DNA of 64,000 bases from a candidate division FCPU426 bacterium (GCA_963796105.1 CAWCKJ010000012.1:160001-224000), one strand, 5' to 3'; positions 1 to 11,477 are shown, numbered from the stretch's first letter. Notes: generated by a model from the sequence alone, not told the origin. Translations and numbers: made by a program.

Positions 1-1028
1 TTGATTTCGATTTGATCATGGCTGCTGACACGGGCGATAAACGGGCTTTTTCCCGTGGTCAAATATAAGTAAGCCTCAGCGCCCAAGGGTTCAATAATCT
101 CAACGGTCGCGCTGATGGTGGAATCAGGGGAAGCGCTCGAAGCGTCCATTTTGTCGTGAATATCCTCCGGCCTGATTCCCAGGACGACCTCACGCCCAAC
201 GTGCCCTTCCAGGAGGCTGGCGAAATTATCCGGGAGCTTAATCTCGAAATTTTCCTCGTTGAAATAGGTTCCCGTGCGTTTTTTGTTGAGCGAGCCTTCC
301 ATGAAATTCATGGCTGGCGTGCCGATGAACCCCGCGACGAACTTGTTGACGGGTTTCTCATAAAGGGTGATGGGATCGGCGATTTGCTGGACATAGCCGT
401 CCTTCATGACCGCGATACGGTCTCCCATGGTCATGGCTTCCAATTGGTCGTGGGTAACGTAAATCATCGTTGCCTGCAGGCGGGTGTGAAGTTTTGAAAT
501 CTCGGCGCGCATTTGAACCCTGAGTTTGGCGTCCAAGTTGGAAAGCGGTTCGTCGAAAAGGAATATCTTGGGCTTGCGGACGATGGCCCTGCCTACCGCC
601 ACCCTTTGGCGTTGTCCGCCGGAAAGCTCTTTTGGAATCCGGACCAGAAGCTCCTGGATTCCAAGGATGTTCGCGGCCTCATAAACTCTTTGTTTGATTT
701 CTTCTTTTGGGTATTTGCGGAGTTTCAAGCCAAAGGCCATATTCTCAAAAACGGTCATATGGGGATACAAAGCATAGTTTTGGAAAACCATGGCGATGTC
801 CCTGTCCTTGGGGGGAACGTCATTGACGAGGACATCGTCAATCCGGATATCACCGCTCGAGAGTTCTTCCAGACCCGCCACCATGCGCAGCGTCGTGGAT
901 TTACCGCAGCCGGAGGGACCGACCAAAACTAAAAATTCTTTATCCTGGACTTCTATATTGACATTATTTACCGCGACAATATTATTCCCATAAACTTTAG
1001 TCACATTTTTCATGACCATATTTGACAT
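1..1028 (-). CDS. Sugar ABC transporter ATP-binding protein (MalK/MsmX/UgpC family), runs off the window edge
   Basis: Manual minus-strand translation from ATG 1028: MSNMVMKNVTKVYGNNIVAVNNVNIEVQDKEFLVLVGPSGCGKSTTLRMVAGLEE (Walker A), later LSGGQRQRVA and FLFDEPLSNLDAKLR; GGAGG RBS upstream. Not in the ORF track because the stop is outside the window. Confidence 0.93.
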   Translation of the reverse strand, partial: MSNMVMKNVTKVYGNNIVAVNNVNIEVQDKEFLVLVGPSGCGKSTTLRMVAGLEELSSGDIRIDDVLVNDVPPKDRDIAMVFQNYALYPHMTVFENMAFGLKLRKYPKEEIKQRVYEAANILGIQELLVRIPKELSGGQRQRVAVGRAIVRKPKIFLFDEPLSNLDAKLRVQMRAEISKLHTRLQATMIYVTHDQLEAMTMGDRIAVMKDGYVQQIADPITLYEKPVNKFVAGFIGTPAMNFMEGSLNKKRTGTYFNEENFEIKLPDNFASLLEGHVGREVVLGIRPEDIHDKMDASSASPDSTISATVEIIEPLGAEAYLYLTTGKSPFIARVSSHDQIEI

Positions 1029-1348
1029 GAATATCCTCCGCCAAAGGAACCGAAACGCCCTAATTTCAAATCGTTCTTTTAGGAACGCCCCAGAGCCAGA
1101 ATGGCTTTCCGACACTTCTTTCCACCGGAAAACCCATAAAACTAGGGGTTATTTAAACATTCAAGCTTCTCCCTGTCAACGAAACAAGGGAGTATCTGAA
1201 ATTGAGTCCTGCCTTTTACCGAAATAAAAAATAATGCCGGAAACACCAGCGCTTCGGCTTGGCTTGAATAAAGGGTTTATCCTCATTAAGAGTGGTTTCG
1301 ATCCGGGGCGATTCACTCTATAATTTCGCCGTGGAAATCAAACCCCCA

Positions 1349-2512
1349 ATGAATCGATACCTTTACTGGACTTTATTAGTTTTCTCGGCTTCGGCGGTAG
1401 CATCCATTGCCATGCAGAATATTATCTGGGTTGGCGTTGGGATTTCTCTTTTTTATTTCTTTAAAAACAAACAATCCATCCATTGGCCCAGCGGAGCTTT
1501 CGCCATTGCCACCCTCCTGTTTCTATCCAGCTTTTTCCTGGGCGCCGTCCTCGGAATAAATCCCTTAAAGAGTTTTCATACTGTCCATAAATACCTCACT
1601 TTACTTCTTGTTTTTTTCATCGGCTCTATCAATTTATCCTTTAATCAAATCAGAAAATTGATTTTCGTTTTTATCGGGGGCTCAACCTTTTGCGCAATGT
1701 GGGGAATCGGGAAATATCTATTTTTAAATCAAGCCCGCATTGATTCATTCTCGGGGGACAAGATGGTTTTTGGGGGCCTTTTGATGGTCACGCTGATATT
1801 CCAAATACTACTGTTGAAAGAATTCCCGAGGAACAAATGGGTTTGGTTTTCCCTTCTCATGGTGGGAATCGCCCTAATCCTGACGCAAACCCGGGGCGCC
1901 TGGATTGGTTTTATCGTTGGATTCATGGTTTTAACTTGGAAGATAAACCGAAAATGGCTGTTTATCGGAATGGCAATCGTCATTGCGCTTTTTTTCATGC
2001 TTCCCCGCGACCTGAAAGAGCGGGTACAAAGCATTTGGAATTTCAAGGTGAGCATGAATTCCAGCCACCAAATTGATAAAACCAACAACCAAAGATTGTT
2101 TATTTGGAGCGCTGGTCTTCAAATCATCAAGGATTACCCATGGGGCATCGGCCAGGGGAACCTTGAGGATCTCTACCCCAAATACAAATCGCCCAACGCC
2201 CCGGAACCCACCCAGCCGCACCTGCATAATAATTTCCTCCAAATCCTCGCGCAAAATGGGTGGCTCGGTTTGGCCGCTTACCTGGTTTGGATTTTTGCGT
2301 ATTATTTTAAGGCGATGTCATTTAAGCCCTTGGATCTCGGACTCCAATCTTTAAATTGGGCGTTCTTATCCATTTTCACCGCAGTGCTTGTTTGGGGATT
2401 AACCGAATATACCTTCAGCCATCAATTCATGAACGTACAATTTTTTCTTTTAGGCCTTCAATGCCGCCTTTGGTCTATCGCTTCGAGCCCGGCAAACAAC
2501 CTTTCAACCTGA
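1349..2512 (+). CDS. O-antigen ligase family (Wzy_C/WaaL-like) membrane protein
   Basis: Multi-TM protein with LTQTRGAW, R-x-x-IW, GIGQGN and HLHNNFLQ motifs; ATG 1349 preferred over the ORF-track GTG at 1292. Confidence 0.85.
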   Translation: MNRYLYWTLLVFSASAVASIAMQNIIWVGVGISLFYFFKNKQSIHWPSGAFAIATLLFLSSFFLGAVLGINPLKSFHTVHKYLTLLLVFFIGSINLSFNQIRKLIFVFIGGSTFCAMWGIGKYLFLNQARIDSFSGDKMVFGGLLMVTLIFQILLLKEFPRNKWVWFSLLMVGIALILTQTRGAWIGFIVGFMVLTWKINRKWLFIGMAIVIALFFMLPRDLKERVQSIWNFKVSMNSSHQIDKTNNQRLFIWSAGLQIIKDYPWGIGQGNLEDLYPKYKSPNAPEPTQPHLHNNFLQILAQNGWLGLAAYLVWIFAYYFKAMSFKPLDLGLQSLNWAFLSIFTAVLVWGLTEYTFSHQFMNVQFFLLGLQCRLWSIASSPANNLST

Positions 2513-2549
2513 TTGAAAAATAGATAATGCTGAGTTCGTCACATACTTT

Positions 2550-3845
2550 TCAAATAATTTCAAGGCCCCGCGATTTAACCAAACTTTGACGGCAGGCCCC
2601 CCCCAGATAGAATGATCCGGTGATTAAAAGTGGATTTCTTCCATGAGAGGAGTTCAATTTTTTCAAAGCAAACCAAAGCGCCTTCCACCAATCGGGAACA
2701 AGAAGCGGATGGATCTTTTCTTTTTCCCATGCCTTAAATACCAAGATCCCGCTTTCCCTTCGCTCGCTAGGCGGTTCAGTCACGATTGCCTGAAAGGTTA
2801 AGGGCGCCATAATTCTGGCAAATGAGCGGAAATCCTTGTCCCTCAAAAATCCATTTAAGACTAACCATCGTTTGCGGGGATATTTTTTCTTTAAATATCC
2901 CGCAAGCCCCAAGGCCCCATCAGGATTGTGGGCCCCATCCAGCAAAATCAACGGCTTTCTGGAGAGAACTTCAACCCTTCCCGGCCAACGAAAAGTTGAT
3001 ATTCCCTTTTGAAGCATTGGAGGCAGGGCTTTTAATCCATACCGCTTTAGGATTTGAATTCCGGCTATCGCCAGGGATGCGTTGATCATTTGGAATTCAG
3101 AGCCGCCCGGTAGTTTGAACTTTGAGGATAATCCAGGTCCTTGCCAGCGAAACCCATTTCCCTCGATCTTATAATTAAAATCTTTTCCTCCAACCCATAG
3201 AGGAACTCCTTTTAATCGGGCCGTTTCCCCGATCTTCTCCAAGGCCTTGGCGTTGTATTGAATAGTCGCGGCCGGGGTTCCTTTTTTCAAAATGCCTGCC
3301 TTCTCCCAGGCTATTTCAGGAATGTTTTTCCCGAGAATTTCCTGGTGTTCCAATCCTATGGGAGTGATAAGGCAGACCGCGGGAGAAGCGATAATATTGG
3401 TGGCGTCCAAACGCCCGCCTAAACCCACTTCAAGGACAACCCAATCAACCTTTTTCTCCTTAAACCAGAGAAAAGCCAGGGCCGTTAACGCCTCGAAGTG
3501 GGTGGGGGTATGCCCCGTCTTTCTTCGAACGCTGACGCAGGCTTGAAGTATTCTTTTGGAATAATTTTGAAATTCCTTGCCGGAGATCCACCGCCCGTTG
3601 ATACGGAATCTTTCCCGGATATCGGACAAGTGGGGTGATGTGTAGAGGCCAACCCGGTATCCCTCTTGACGCAGGAAGGAAGACATATAGGCGCAGGTCG
3701 AGCCTTTGCCGTTGGAACCAGCGACATGGACGCATTTAAGAGAGAGATGGGGATTGTCCAGTTCCGATAACAAGGCTCGTATGGTTTCCAAGCCGAATCG
3801 CCACCCAAAGCGCTCCAGGGAATCCAGGCTTGTGGTAAGTTTCAC
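2550..3845 (-). CDS. folC: Folylpolyglutamate synthase/dihydrofolate synthase
   Basis: HVAGSNGKGS, YTSPHL, LEVGLGGRLDATN, DGAHNP motifs; coupled to accD. Confidence 0.96.
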   Translation of the reverse strand: MKLTTSLDSLERFGWRFGLETIRALLSELDNPHLSLKCVHVAGSNGKGSTCAYMSSFLRQEGYRVGLYTSPHLSDIRERFRINGRWISGKEFQNYSKRILQACVSVRRKTGHTPTHFEALTALAFLWFKEKKVDWVVLEVGLGGRLDATNIIASPAVCLITPIGLEHQEILGKNIPEIAWEKAGILKKGTPAATIQYNAKALEKIGETARLKGVPLWVGGKDFNYKIEGNGFRWQGPGLSSKFKLPGGSEFQMINASLAIAGIQILKRYGLKALPPMLQKGISTFRWPGRVEVLSRKPLILLDGAHNPDGALGLAGYLKKKYPRKRWLVLNGFLRDKDFRSFARIMAPLTFQAIVTEPPSERRESGILVFKAWEKEKIHPLLVPDWWKALWFALKKLNSSHGRNPLLITGSFYLGGACRQSLVKSRGLEII

Positions 3846-4687
3846 GGAAATAAAAACTTAAGGAACTTTCCGATGGTGGCTTTCAAATCATGCCTTTTGA
3901 CGATGATATCGACAAACCCATGTTCCAATAGGAATTCAGAGCGTTGAAATCCTTTGGGAAGTTTCTGGCGGATGGTTTGCTCGATGACCCTGGGACCCGC
4001 GAATCCAATCATGGCTCCCGGTTCGGCTATATTGATGTCCCCCAACATTCCGAAGGAAGCCGCCACTCCACCCGCGGTGGGATCGGTTAAAACCGATATA
4101 TAAGGAAGTCCCGCTTTACCTAAATGGGCCAATGCCGCGGATATTTTGGCCATTTGCATGAGTGACAAGATTCCCTCTTGCATACGGGCTCCCCCGCCGG
4201 AGGCCGACACAATGACCATCCCGCATTTTTTTGCGATCGCCCTTTCGATGGCCCTTGTGATTTTTTCCCCAACCACACTGCCCATGCTGCCGCCCATGAA
4301 TTGAAAATCAGTGATGGCTAGTGAGACTGGTTGTCCGGCGATTTTGGCCAAACCCGTCACTACCGCCTCGGGCATTTTGGTTTTTTCAATTCCCCTATTG
4401 ACCTTTTCCTCGTATTCCGGGAAATGTAGGGGGTTCACGGAGACTAGGTTTTCGTCATATTCCTTGAAAGTTCCCGAGTCAACTGTCAGGTAAAGCCTTT
4501 CAAGCGCCGAAATCTGGTAATGGTAACCGCATTGGGGGCATACCTTGAAATTCTTATCCAGGTCTTTGTTATATAAAAGAGTGGAACACTTCCTGCATTT
4601 TTCATAAAGGCCTTCCGGAACCTGGACGGCTTTTTTCACTTCCACTACCCTGGAAATGATTTTTTTTGCTTTCTTAAACCAAACCAA
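3842..4687 (-). CDS. accD: Acetyl-CoA carboxylase carboxyltransferase beta subunit
   Basis: N-terminal C4 zinc finger, FMGGSMGSVVGEKI, GGARMQEG, GFAGPRVIEQT. Confidence 0.97.
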   Translation of the reverse strand: MVWFKKAKKIISRVVEVKKAVQVPEGLYEKCRKCSTLLYNKDLDKNFKVCPQCGYHYQISALERLYLTVDSGTFKEYDENLVSVNPLHFPEYEEKVNRGIEKTKMPEAVVTGLAKIAGQPVSLAITDFQFMGGSMGSVVGEKITRAIERAIAKKCGMVIVSASGGGARMQEGILSLMQMAKISAALAHLGKAGLPYISVLTDPTAGGVAASFGMLGDINIAEPGAMIGFAGPRVIEQTIRQKLPKGFQRSEFLLEHGFVDIIVKRHDLKATIGKFLKFLFP

Positions 4688-4754
4688 ACTGGACCTCCAA
4701 AAATATATGAATTTTCAATTTACATCCCAAAATTCGATTAAAACAAATATCCTC

Positions 4755-5555
4755 TTAATGATTCATGCCTTTAACAATTTCCCTGCAATAATTCTCTACT
4801 TTTTCGCCTATCCTCGCCCTAGGAGTTTTTTCAATCAGCTGTATGAGGGCACTGGCGATAATGACCCCATCCGACGCTTTTCCTACTGCCGCCGCTTGCC
4901 TGGAATTTGATATCCCAAATCCAACAACAATAGGGGTATTAAGTCTTCTTCTGAGATTGATTAAACTCGAAATAAGGCCAGGAGCCAGTTCTTTTCTGGC
5001 ACCCGTCACACCGGTAACACTGACATAATACAAAAACGAGGCCCCTAGGGCATCGGCCATCTTGATCCTTTCCGGGCTTGAGGTAGGGGCGATAAAGGGA
5101 ATTAAACTTAAGCCTTTTGGCTTTAAATGAACTTCTTTTTCCGTGAATTTGAAAAGCGGCAAATCCGGAATAATGGCCCCATTTCCCCCCGCCATGTGAA
5201 GTTCATTCACGAATACAGGCCATTTCATCTGTTCGACAAGATTCAGATAAGTCATGACTAAAAGAGGCTGCTGATAACCCTTTTTCCGGAGGGACTTGAT
5301 CACGCGGAAAACATCTGACAATCGGGTTCCTTGGTCCAGTGAAATTTGATTTGCCTTTTGCAAAGTGGGGCCGTCCGCGATCGGGTCGGAGAATGGAACT
5401 CCCAATTCCAACGCGGAAGCCCCGCCTTCCAGCGCCCCTTCCGCCGCCTTGATGGAAGCTTGGTAGCCGGGATATCCCACGCAGACATAGGGAAGAAAAA
5501 GCGCTTTGCGTTTACGACGGGCTTCAAAAAATAAACGATGAAGGATCGTGCTCAA
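4755..5555 (-). CDS. trpA: Tryptophan synthase alpha subunit
   Basis: [33 protein letters not shown]. Confidence 0.96.
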   Translation of the reverse strand: MSTILHRLFFEARRKRKALFLPYVCVGYPGYQASIKAAEGALEGGASALELGVPFSDPIADGPTLQKANQISLDQGTRLSDVFRVIKSLRKKGYQQPLLVMTYLNLVEQMKWPVFVNELHMAGGNGAIIPDLPLFKFTEKEVHLKPKGLSLIPFIAPTSSPERIKMADALGASFLYYVSVTGVTGARKELAPGLISSLINLRRRLNTPIVVGFGISNSRQAAAVGKASDGVIIASALIQLIEKTPRARIGEKVENYCREIVKGMNH

Positions 5556-6760
5556 CGGGAATCACCTTTTAAGTTGTTTCCCAAACGGTCCAAGACGGTG
5601 TTGACATCCTTATCGCCGCGGCCTGAGAGATTCACGATCAGGGAGGCTGTCCGGGGCATCTTGGGGGCCATTTTCATGGCTTGATAAAGGGCATGGGCGC
5701 TTTCCAAGGCGGGAAGGATTCCCTCCTGTAAAGCGAGTATTTGAAAGGCTTCCAGTGCCTGTTGGTCGGTCGCCGACACGTAAGTTGCCCTCCCAGTATC
5801 CTTAAGCCACGCATGTTCCGGGCCTACCCCCGGATAATCCAGACCCGCTGAGATGGAATGGGTCTCATTGATTTGGCCGTCTGGGCTTTGTAGTACGTAG
5901 CTGTAACTCCCGTGAAGAATCCCGGGTTTTCCTTTGGCCATGGTAGCGGCGTGGCGTTTTGTGCGGATTCCATCCCCCGCCGCTTCCACGCCTACCATTT
6001 GGACTTTTCGATCCCGAAGGAATGGGTAAAACAAGCCGATGGCATTGGATCCCCCGTTCACGCAAGCGACCAAGGCCCCTGGCAGGCGCCCTTCGGCCTT
6101 AAGAATTTGTTTACGGGCCTCCACGCCAATGACTTTTTGGAAATCGCGAACCATCATGGGGTAGGGATGGGGGCCGGCGGTCGAGCCAATGAGGTAATAA
6201 GTGGTATTGACATTGGTCACCCAATCCCGGATAGCCTCGCTCATGGCGTCTTTTAAAGTCTTGGTTCCCGCTGTCACAGGGTGAACTTCAGCTCCCAGCA
6301 ATTTCATCCTGAAAACATTCAGGGCTTGCCTCCTGGTATCCTCCAAGCCCATGTAAATCTCGCATTTGAGCCCGAAAAGGGCGCATACGGTAGCGGTCGC
6401 TACCCCATGCTGGCCTGCCCCGGTTTCCGCGATAATTCGTTTTTTACCCATTTTTTTGGCCAAAAGAATTTGGCCCAGGCAATTGTTGATCTTATGGGCG
6501 CCGGTATGATTCAAATCCTCCCGTTTCAAGTAAATCCTGGCGCCCTTGAGATTTTGAGTCAACCTGGCCGCCAGGGTTAACGGAGTGGGCCTGCCGCTGT
6601 ATTCAGCCAATTGTTTTTGATATTCGGATTGAAACCCAGCGTCTTTCCTGGCTTTCATATAGGCTTTGGTTAAATCCTGAAGAGCCACCATGAGGGTTTC
6701 AGGGACATATTGACCCCCATAGGGGCCAAAATATCCGTTCTGATCGGGATATTGGCGCAT
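5552..6760 (-). CDS. trpB: Tryptophan synthase beta subunit
   Basis: [42 protein letters not shown] 6760 with GGAGG RBS (ORF track start 6811). Confidence 0.97.
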   Translation of the reverse strand: MRQYPDQNGYFGPYGGQYVPETLMVALQDLTKAYMKARKDAGFQSEYQKQLAEYSGRPTPLTLAARLTQNLKGARIYLKREDLNHTGAHKINNCLGQILLAKKMGKKRIIAETGAGQHGVATATVCALFGLKCEIYMGLEDTRRQALNVFRMKLLGAEVHPVTAGTKTLKDAMSEAIRDWVTNVNTTYYLIGSTAGPHPYPMMVRDFQKVIGVEARKQILKAEGRLPGALVACVNGGSNAIGLFYPFLRDRKVQMVGVEAAGDGIRTKRHAATMAKGKPGILHGSYSYVLQSPDGQINETHSISAGLDYPGVGPEHAWLKDTGRATYVSATDQQALEAFQILALQEGILPALESAHALYQAMKMAPKMPRTASLIVNLSGRGDKDVNTVLDRLGNNLKGDSR

Positions 6761-6761
6761 T

Positions 6762-7352
6762 TTAATTTGCTCCTCCGGAGGAAGGCGCTGTTCCGAAATG
6801 ACTCTTTTCATTTTGTAATTGTTCCAGCTTTGACTGGGCTAACTCATTTTGAGGGTCCAACGAACAAGCGCGCATATATTCACTTTCGGCTTTATCTATG
6901 TAATCCAACCGGTTAAAAAGATCTCCCAGTTGTATTGTGCAATTAAAGGCTTCTTCCATTAAATTATGCCTTGAATAAAGGTCTCTCAAGTTCATTAACG
7001 CTTCCGCAGCTTCGGGAAGTTTAGTTAGAATATCTTTATAGATGTTAATAGCTTTTTCCATATCCTGAGGCTCGACCATTTTCTGGACCAAACTCGCGAC
7101 TTCCTTAAAAGCGCCCGCGGCCTTTTTGACGTTTTTCTCTTTTAAATAAGCGTTCCCAGCGAGTTCAAACTCTTTAAAAGCTCTCTCAACATCCCCTTTT
7201 TTTACATATAGTTCTCCAAGCGTCAAACGCACATTGTGATCATTCGGATCAAGAGCGATGATCTTTTCATATTCAAGAATAGCCTTGTCCCAGCTCCCGG
7301 TATTGTAATAAATATGGGCCAATTTAATAATTAATGATTTTTGGTCGGCCAT
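6762..7352 (-). CDS. Tetratricopeptide repeat protein
   Basis: Repeated TPR-like helices ([56 protein letters not shown]). Confidence 0.85.
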   Translation of the reverse strand: MADQKSLIIKLAHIYYNTGSWDKAILEYEKIIALDPNDHNVRLTLGELYVKKGDVERAFKEFELAGNAYLKEKNVKKAAGAFKEVASLVQKMVEPQDMEKAINIYKDILTKLPEAAEALMNLRDLYSRHNLMEEAFNCTIQLGDLFNRLDYIDKAESEYMRACSLDPQNELAQSKLEQLQNEKSHFGTAPSSGGAN

Positions 7353-7485
7353 CACAGCTTTAATTCTCCAGTCATTTTCTATTTAAATAAATTTGTAACC
7401 TCTGAAAAAGTCGGCTATCGCCTCCTTTTTCAGAAAACCTTTTATGGAAACCCCTCGATTTCAGGTTATTCGCGTGTCATAAATC

Positions 7486-8109
7486 TCAACCGGCAAAAAC
7501 ACTTTTGGCCCTGCGGATAAAAGCGGAGACTTTGCGGGGATCCTTGCGGCCTGGATAAATTTCCACGCCGCTGGAAACATCAACTCCGAACGCGTGCGAA
7601 TCCCTGATGGCCTGTTGAACGTTATCTGGGGTCAAACCTCCAGCCAGAATCACCGGTTTCGGAAGACACTTGATGGCTTCAGCCGACCAACGGGCTTGAA
7701 AGGATTGGCCAGTCCCCCCGGGCGTTTTTTCATTATAGGAATCCAATAAAAACGCCGATACCCGGTAGCCTCGAAATGGGATATAAGATTTTTTGGTTTT
7801 CATGCGGATGGCCTTTATGACAGGAAAATCCAGCTTGTCGCAGTAGTCGGCCCTCTCGCTTCCATGAAGCTGCGCGGCATGGAAACCGCAATATTTGACC
7901 AATCGAACGACTTTGTTGATCGGCTCATCCACAAAAACACCTATCGGGGTTACAAGGGGAGGAACATTTTTAACCAATCTTCTCGCGTATTCCGGGCTTA
8001 ATTTCCTGGGTCCCAAGGACATTTGAAAGCCAATCGCGTCCGCCCCGGCTTTCGCGATAAACCTGACGTCCTCCATTCGGGTGACGCCGCAAATTTTAAC
8101 TCGAAACAT
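7486..8109 (-). CDS. trpF: Phosphoribosylanthranilate isomerase
   Basis: VKICGVT, QLHGSE, GGTG, LAGGLTPDNV, GVDVSSGVE. Confidence 0.96.
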   Translation of the reverse strand: MFRVKICGVTRMEDVRFIAKAGADAIGFQMSLGPRKLSPEYARRLVKNVPPLVTPIGVFVDEPINKVVRLVKYCGFHAAQLHGSERADYCDKLDFPVIKAIRMKTKKSYIPFRGYRVSAFLLDSYNEKTPGGTGQSFQARWSAEAIKCLPKPVILAGGLTPDNVQQAIRDSHAFGVDVSSGVEIYPGRKDPRKVSAFIRRAKSVFAG

Positions 8110-8892
8110 TTAAATCTCCGGCATGAGGGTTCTGACTGCCGCTTCCAGGTCCTTCGCGGTCATGAAAGCCTCTCCCACAAGGATGGCCGAAGCCCCGGCC
8201 TTATGCAAGCGAATCGCGTCTTCCCGCTGGTAAATACCGCTTTCACTGACAATCGGAATGCCCTTGGGGCACTTTTCAATTAAGGCCAAGGTGGTTTGCA
8301 GGCTTACCGAGAAATCGTTCAAGTTCCTGTTATTGATGCCGATGATTTTCGCGCCGGATCTTATGGCAAAATCCAATTCCCTCTCGTCATGAACCTCCAC
8401 GAGGCTGGCCATTTTTAAGGCCGTTGAAACATTTAAGAGTTCTTTCAATTTGGCGGGCGGCATCATGGCCATGATCAACAAAATGGCGTCAGCCCCCGCC
8501 GAGCGCGACTGATAAATTTGGATTTCATCCAGGATGAAATCTTTCCGAAGAACGGGTAGATCACAAGAGGCCTTGGCAATTTTCAAATTCTCCATGGAAC
8601 CCTGGAAATACTGGACATCCGTGAGTACGGATAGGGCCTGAGCGCCGGCCTTCGCGTATGTTTTGGCGATTGTATCCACCTGGAAATCCTGCCGCAGAAG
8701 GCCCTTGGAAGGGCTGGCCTTTTTAAGTTCCGCGATCAGGGACAATTTACCCGGACAGTGGATGGCTTTTAAGAAATCCCTGGGCGGTGGTTGCGCCTGG
8801 GCCGCTTCCCTCAAGGCCTCCAACCCCGTTTCCTTTTTAAGGCCGGCGATTTCAACAAGCTTAGTCTGGGCAATTTGCTGAAGTATGCTCAA
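8110..8892 (-). CDS. trpC: Indole-3-glycerol phosphate synthase
   Basis: IAELKKASPSKG, LRKDFI, LVEVH, GINNRNL, SESGI. Confidence 0.96.
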   Translation of the reverse strand: MSILQQIAQTKLVEIAGLKKETGLEALREAAQAQPPPRDFLKAIHCPGKLSLIAELKKASPSKGLLRQDFQVDTIAKTYAKAGAQALSVLTDVQYFQGSMENLKIAKASCDLPVLRKDFILDEIQIYQSRSAGADAILLIMAMMPPAKLKELLNVSTALKMASLVEVHDERELDFAIRSGAKIIGINNRNLNDFSVSLQTTLALIEKCPKGIPIVSESGIYQREDAIRLHKAGASAILVGEAFMTAKDLEAAVRTLMPEI

Positions 8893-8936
8893 TTTTTAAA
8901 ACCTTTCCTTCATGGGCTGTTCGGAATTATGGGATT

Positions 8937-9962
8937 TTAAAGATGTGAAATTTCTTCCAATTTTTTCAAAGCCTGCAAGGCTTTTCCCGAGTCAATGGAT
9001 GTTTCCGCCAGGGCTCGGCCGTCCAGGATGGTGGGACTTTTCCCCGCTATGTAAAAACCGACCGCCGCGTTCATGACCACCGACTCGCGGAAAGGATTTT
9101 TCTCCCCGTTCAGGACCGCCAAAATGATTTTCGCGTTCGCGGCCGCGTCCCCGCCCTGGATCGTTTCCAGGGGCCTGCGTTGGAAACCGAATTGCTCGGG
9201 TTGGATGACTTCTGAAAGCCGGCTGATGGTGCCGGCGGCATCCTTCTTATATTCCCAGATGAAAGTCTCATCGGCGCAGGAAACCTCGTCCAGCCCGTCC
9301 CGGCTGTGGAGGGTAATGACCCTCTCGGTTCCTGACTTAATCAAGGCCTCCGCCATGATCCTGGCCCTTTCCGCGTCGAATACCCCTATCACCTGCCGTT
9401 TCACGGAAGCCGGATTGCTCATGGGTCCCAAAACGTTAAAAATCGTCCTGATTCCCAACTCCTTCCGGATCGTTGCCACGTTTTTCATGGCCGGATGGAA
9501 ATGGGGGGCGAATAAAAAGGCGATTCCCGCTTCACGCAGGCAATCCTCGATCACGCGGACGGTGGGGTCGATTTTCACGCCCAAAGCGTCCAGGACTTCC
9601 GCGCTTCCGCATTGGCTGGAAGCGGCCCGGTTGCCATGCTTGGCCACGTTCACCCCGCCCCCGGCCAGAACTAAGGCCGCCGTGGTGGAAATGTTGAAGG
9701 TGCCCTTGTGGTCGCCCCCGGTCCCGCACACGTCGATGGCGTCCAATCCCTCCGCGTTGACCCGTATCATCTTGTCGCGCATGGCTTTCACGCTTCCAAC
9801 CACTTCCTCGGTTGTCTCAAACTCGATGTTGAGGAAAGCCAGGTAAGCCGCGACTTGGGTGGCTATTGCTTTTCCCTCCAATATCTCGATCATACAATCG
9901 TAGGCATCGGTCTCCGTCAGGGATTTCTTTTGGGAGAGTTTGACTAGGCAGTCACGCAGCAT
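8937..9962 (-). CDS. trpD: Anthranilate phosphoribosyltransferase
   Basis: DVCGTGGD, TFNIST, KHGNRAASS, RTIFNVLGP. Confidence 0.96.
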   Translation of the reverse strand: MLRDCLVKLSQKKSLTETDAYDCMIEILEGKAIATQVAAYLAFLNIEFETTEEVVGSVKAMRDKMIRVNAEGLDAIDVCGTGGDHKGTFNISTTAALVLAGGGVNVAKHGNRAASSQCGSAEVLDALGVKIDPTVRVIEDCLREAGIAFLFAPHFHPAMKNVATIRKELGIRTIFNVLGPMSNPASVKRQVIGVFDAERARIMAEALIKSGTERVITLHSRDGLDEVSCADETFIWEYKKDAAGTISRLSEVIQPEQFGFQRRPLETIQGGDAAANAKIILAVLNGEKNPFRESVVMNAAVGFYIAGKSPTILDGRALAETSIDSGKALQALKKLEEISHL

Positions 9963-10244
9963 GTGGGTTTCCTAACCGATTTATTGAAAACTCGTCTTAT
10001 TCTTTTGATTCAGCCAGGGTGAAAATGAAAAATCCTGATCCCGTTAATGGTTTCAATTTCCAAATAAGAAATCAGGAATAGCCGAAGAATGGATTTTTCT
10101 TATTTGCAGCTAAATTCAAAGGGGTTATTTTAACCGGAAGAAGATTAAATCCAATACCGGGTTTTGAAATCAGCCCAAAATCGTTGGAAACATGGATTTT
10201 ATGTTGATAAAAAAGTTACAATGCGGACAAAGGAGAAAATAAAA

Positions 10245-11477
10245 ATGTCATTTTTCGAGGATAAATTCGCCGAAAGGCTGGGCGGAAAGATGTTCGGCAA
10301 ATCCACAGAGATATATAAATTCGAGATGATCAAAAGGGCCAAAGCCAGGGCTAAAAAAGCCCGTCCGGACCTGCCCCTGATCGACATGGGAGTGGGTGAA
10401 CCCGATTGGCCGGCGGACCCCGGCGTGGTCAGCCGATTAGCCCAGGAAGCCCCCAAACCCGAGAACCGGTGGTACGCCGATAACGGCATTCCCGAGTTCC
10501 AGGAAGCGGCGGCGGCTTATATGGCCAAGATTTACGGCCTCAAAAACCTGGACCCATCGGAAAACATTATCCATGGCGTTGGCTCAAAACCTATCTTAGC
10601 CATGTTACCCATTTGTTTTGTGAATCCGGGGGAGATAGTCCTGACGACGGTTCCGGGTTATCCCGTGACGGCTACCTACACGAAATACCTCGGCGGGGAG
10701 GTTTATAATCTTCCCCTCCTGGAATCCAATTCCTTTTTCCCGGATTTTTCGTCCATCCCCCCCGATGTCCTGCGCAAGGCCAAGTTGTTGTATATCAACT
10801 ACCCCAACAATCCCACTGGCGCGGTGGCTACCTTGGAATTCTTCAAGCATACCGTTGAATTCGCGAAAAAAAATAACCTGGTGGTGGTGAATGACGCGGC
10901 CTATGGCGCCCTGACTTACGATGGTTATAAACCCCTGAGTTTCCTGTCGGCCGAGGGAGCCATGGACGTCGGGGTGGAAGTCCATTCCCTCTCCAAAGCC
11001 TTCAACATGACCGGATGGCGCATCGGTTTTATCGTTGGAAACCCCCAAGCGGTAAAGGCCTTCGCCGCCGTCAAGGACAACACCGATTCCGGGCAGTTCA
11101 GGGCCATCCAGAAGGCCGGTATCCACGCTCTCCAGCACCCGGAAATCACGGAGAAAACCACGTCCAAGTATTCCCGAAGGTTTGACTTATTGGTCCAAGC
11201 CCTGCGGGAATTGGGGTTTGACGCCAAAAAACCCAAGGGGACATTCTATTGTTACGTCAAATCCCCCAAGGGAACGAAAGCCGGGAAAACATTCGCCACC
11301 GCCGCGGAATTCTCGGAATATCTCATCGAGAACAGCTTGATCTCGACTGTTCCCTGGGATGACGCCGGCCATTATTTGAGGTTTTCCGTGACTTTCGAGG
11401 CCGCGAATGAGGCGGAGGAAAAGAAAGTCATCAGCGAGATGAAAAACCGTATTCAACCCTTGGGCCTGGTTTTTTAG
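10245..11477 (+). CDS. dapL: LL-diaminopimelate aminotransferase (class I/II PLP aminotransferase)
   Basis: GVGEPD, INYPNNPTGA, DAAY, SLSKAFNMTGWRIGF, KDNTDSGQF; ATG 10245 with AAGGAG RBS. Confidence 0.8.
   Translation: MSFFEDKFAERLGGKMFGKSTEIYKFEMIKRAKARAKKARPDLPLIDMGVGEPDWPADPGVVSRLAQEAPKPENRWYADNGIPEFQEAAAAYMAKIYGLKNLDPSENIIHGVGSKPILAMLPICFVNPGEIVLTTVPGYPVTATYTKYLGGEVYNLPLLESNSFFPDFSSIPPDVLRKAKLLYINYPNNPTGAVATLEFFKHTVEFAKKNNLVVVNDAAYGALTYDGYKPLSFLSAEGAMDVGVEVHSLSKAFNMTGWRIGFIVGNPQAVKAFAAVKDNTDSGQFRAIQKAGIHALQHPEITEKTTSKYSRRFDLLVQALRELGFDAKKPKGTFYCYVKSPKGTKAGKTFATAAEFSEYLIENSLISTVPWDDAGHYLRFSVTFEAANEAEEKKVISEMKNRIQPLGLVF

Noticed and set aside
156..993. Plus-strand ORFs at the window start
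   Set aside because: Antisense shadows of the minus-strand ABC ATPase.
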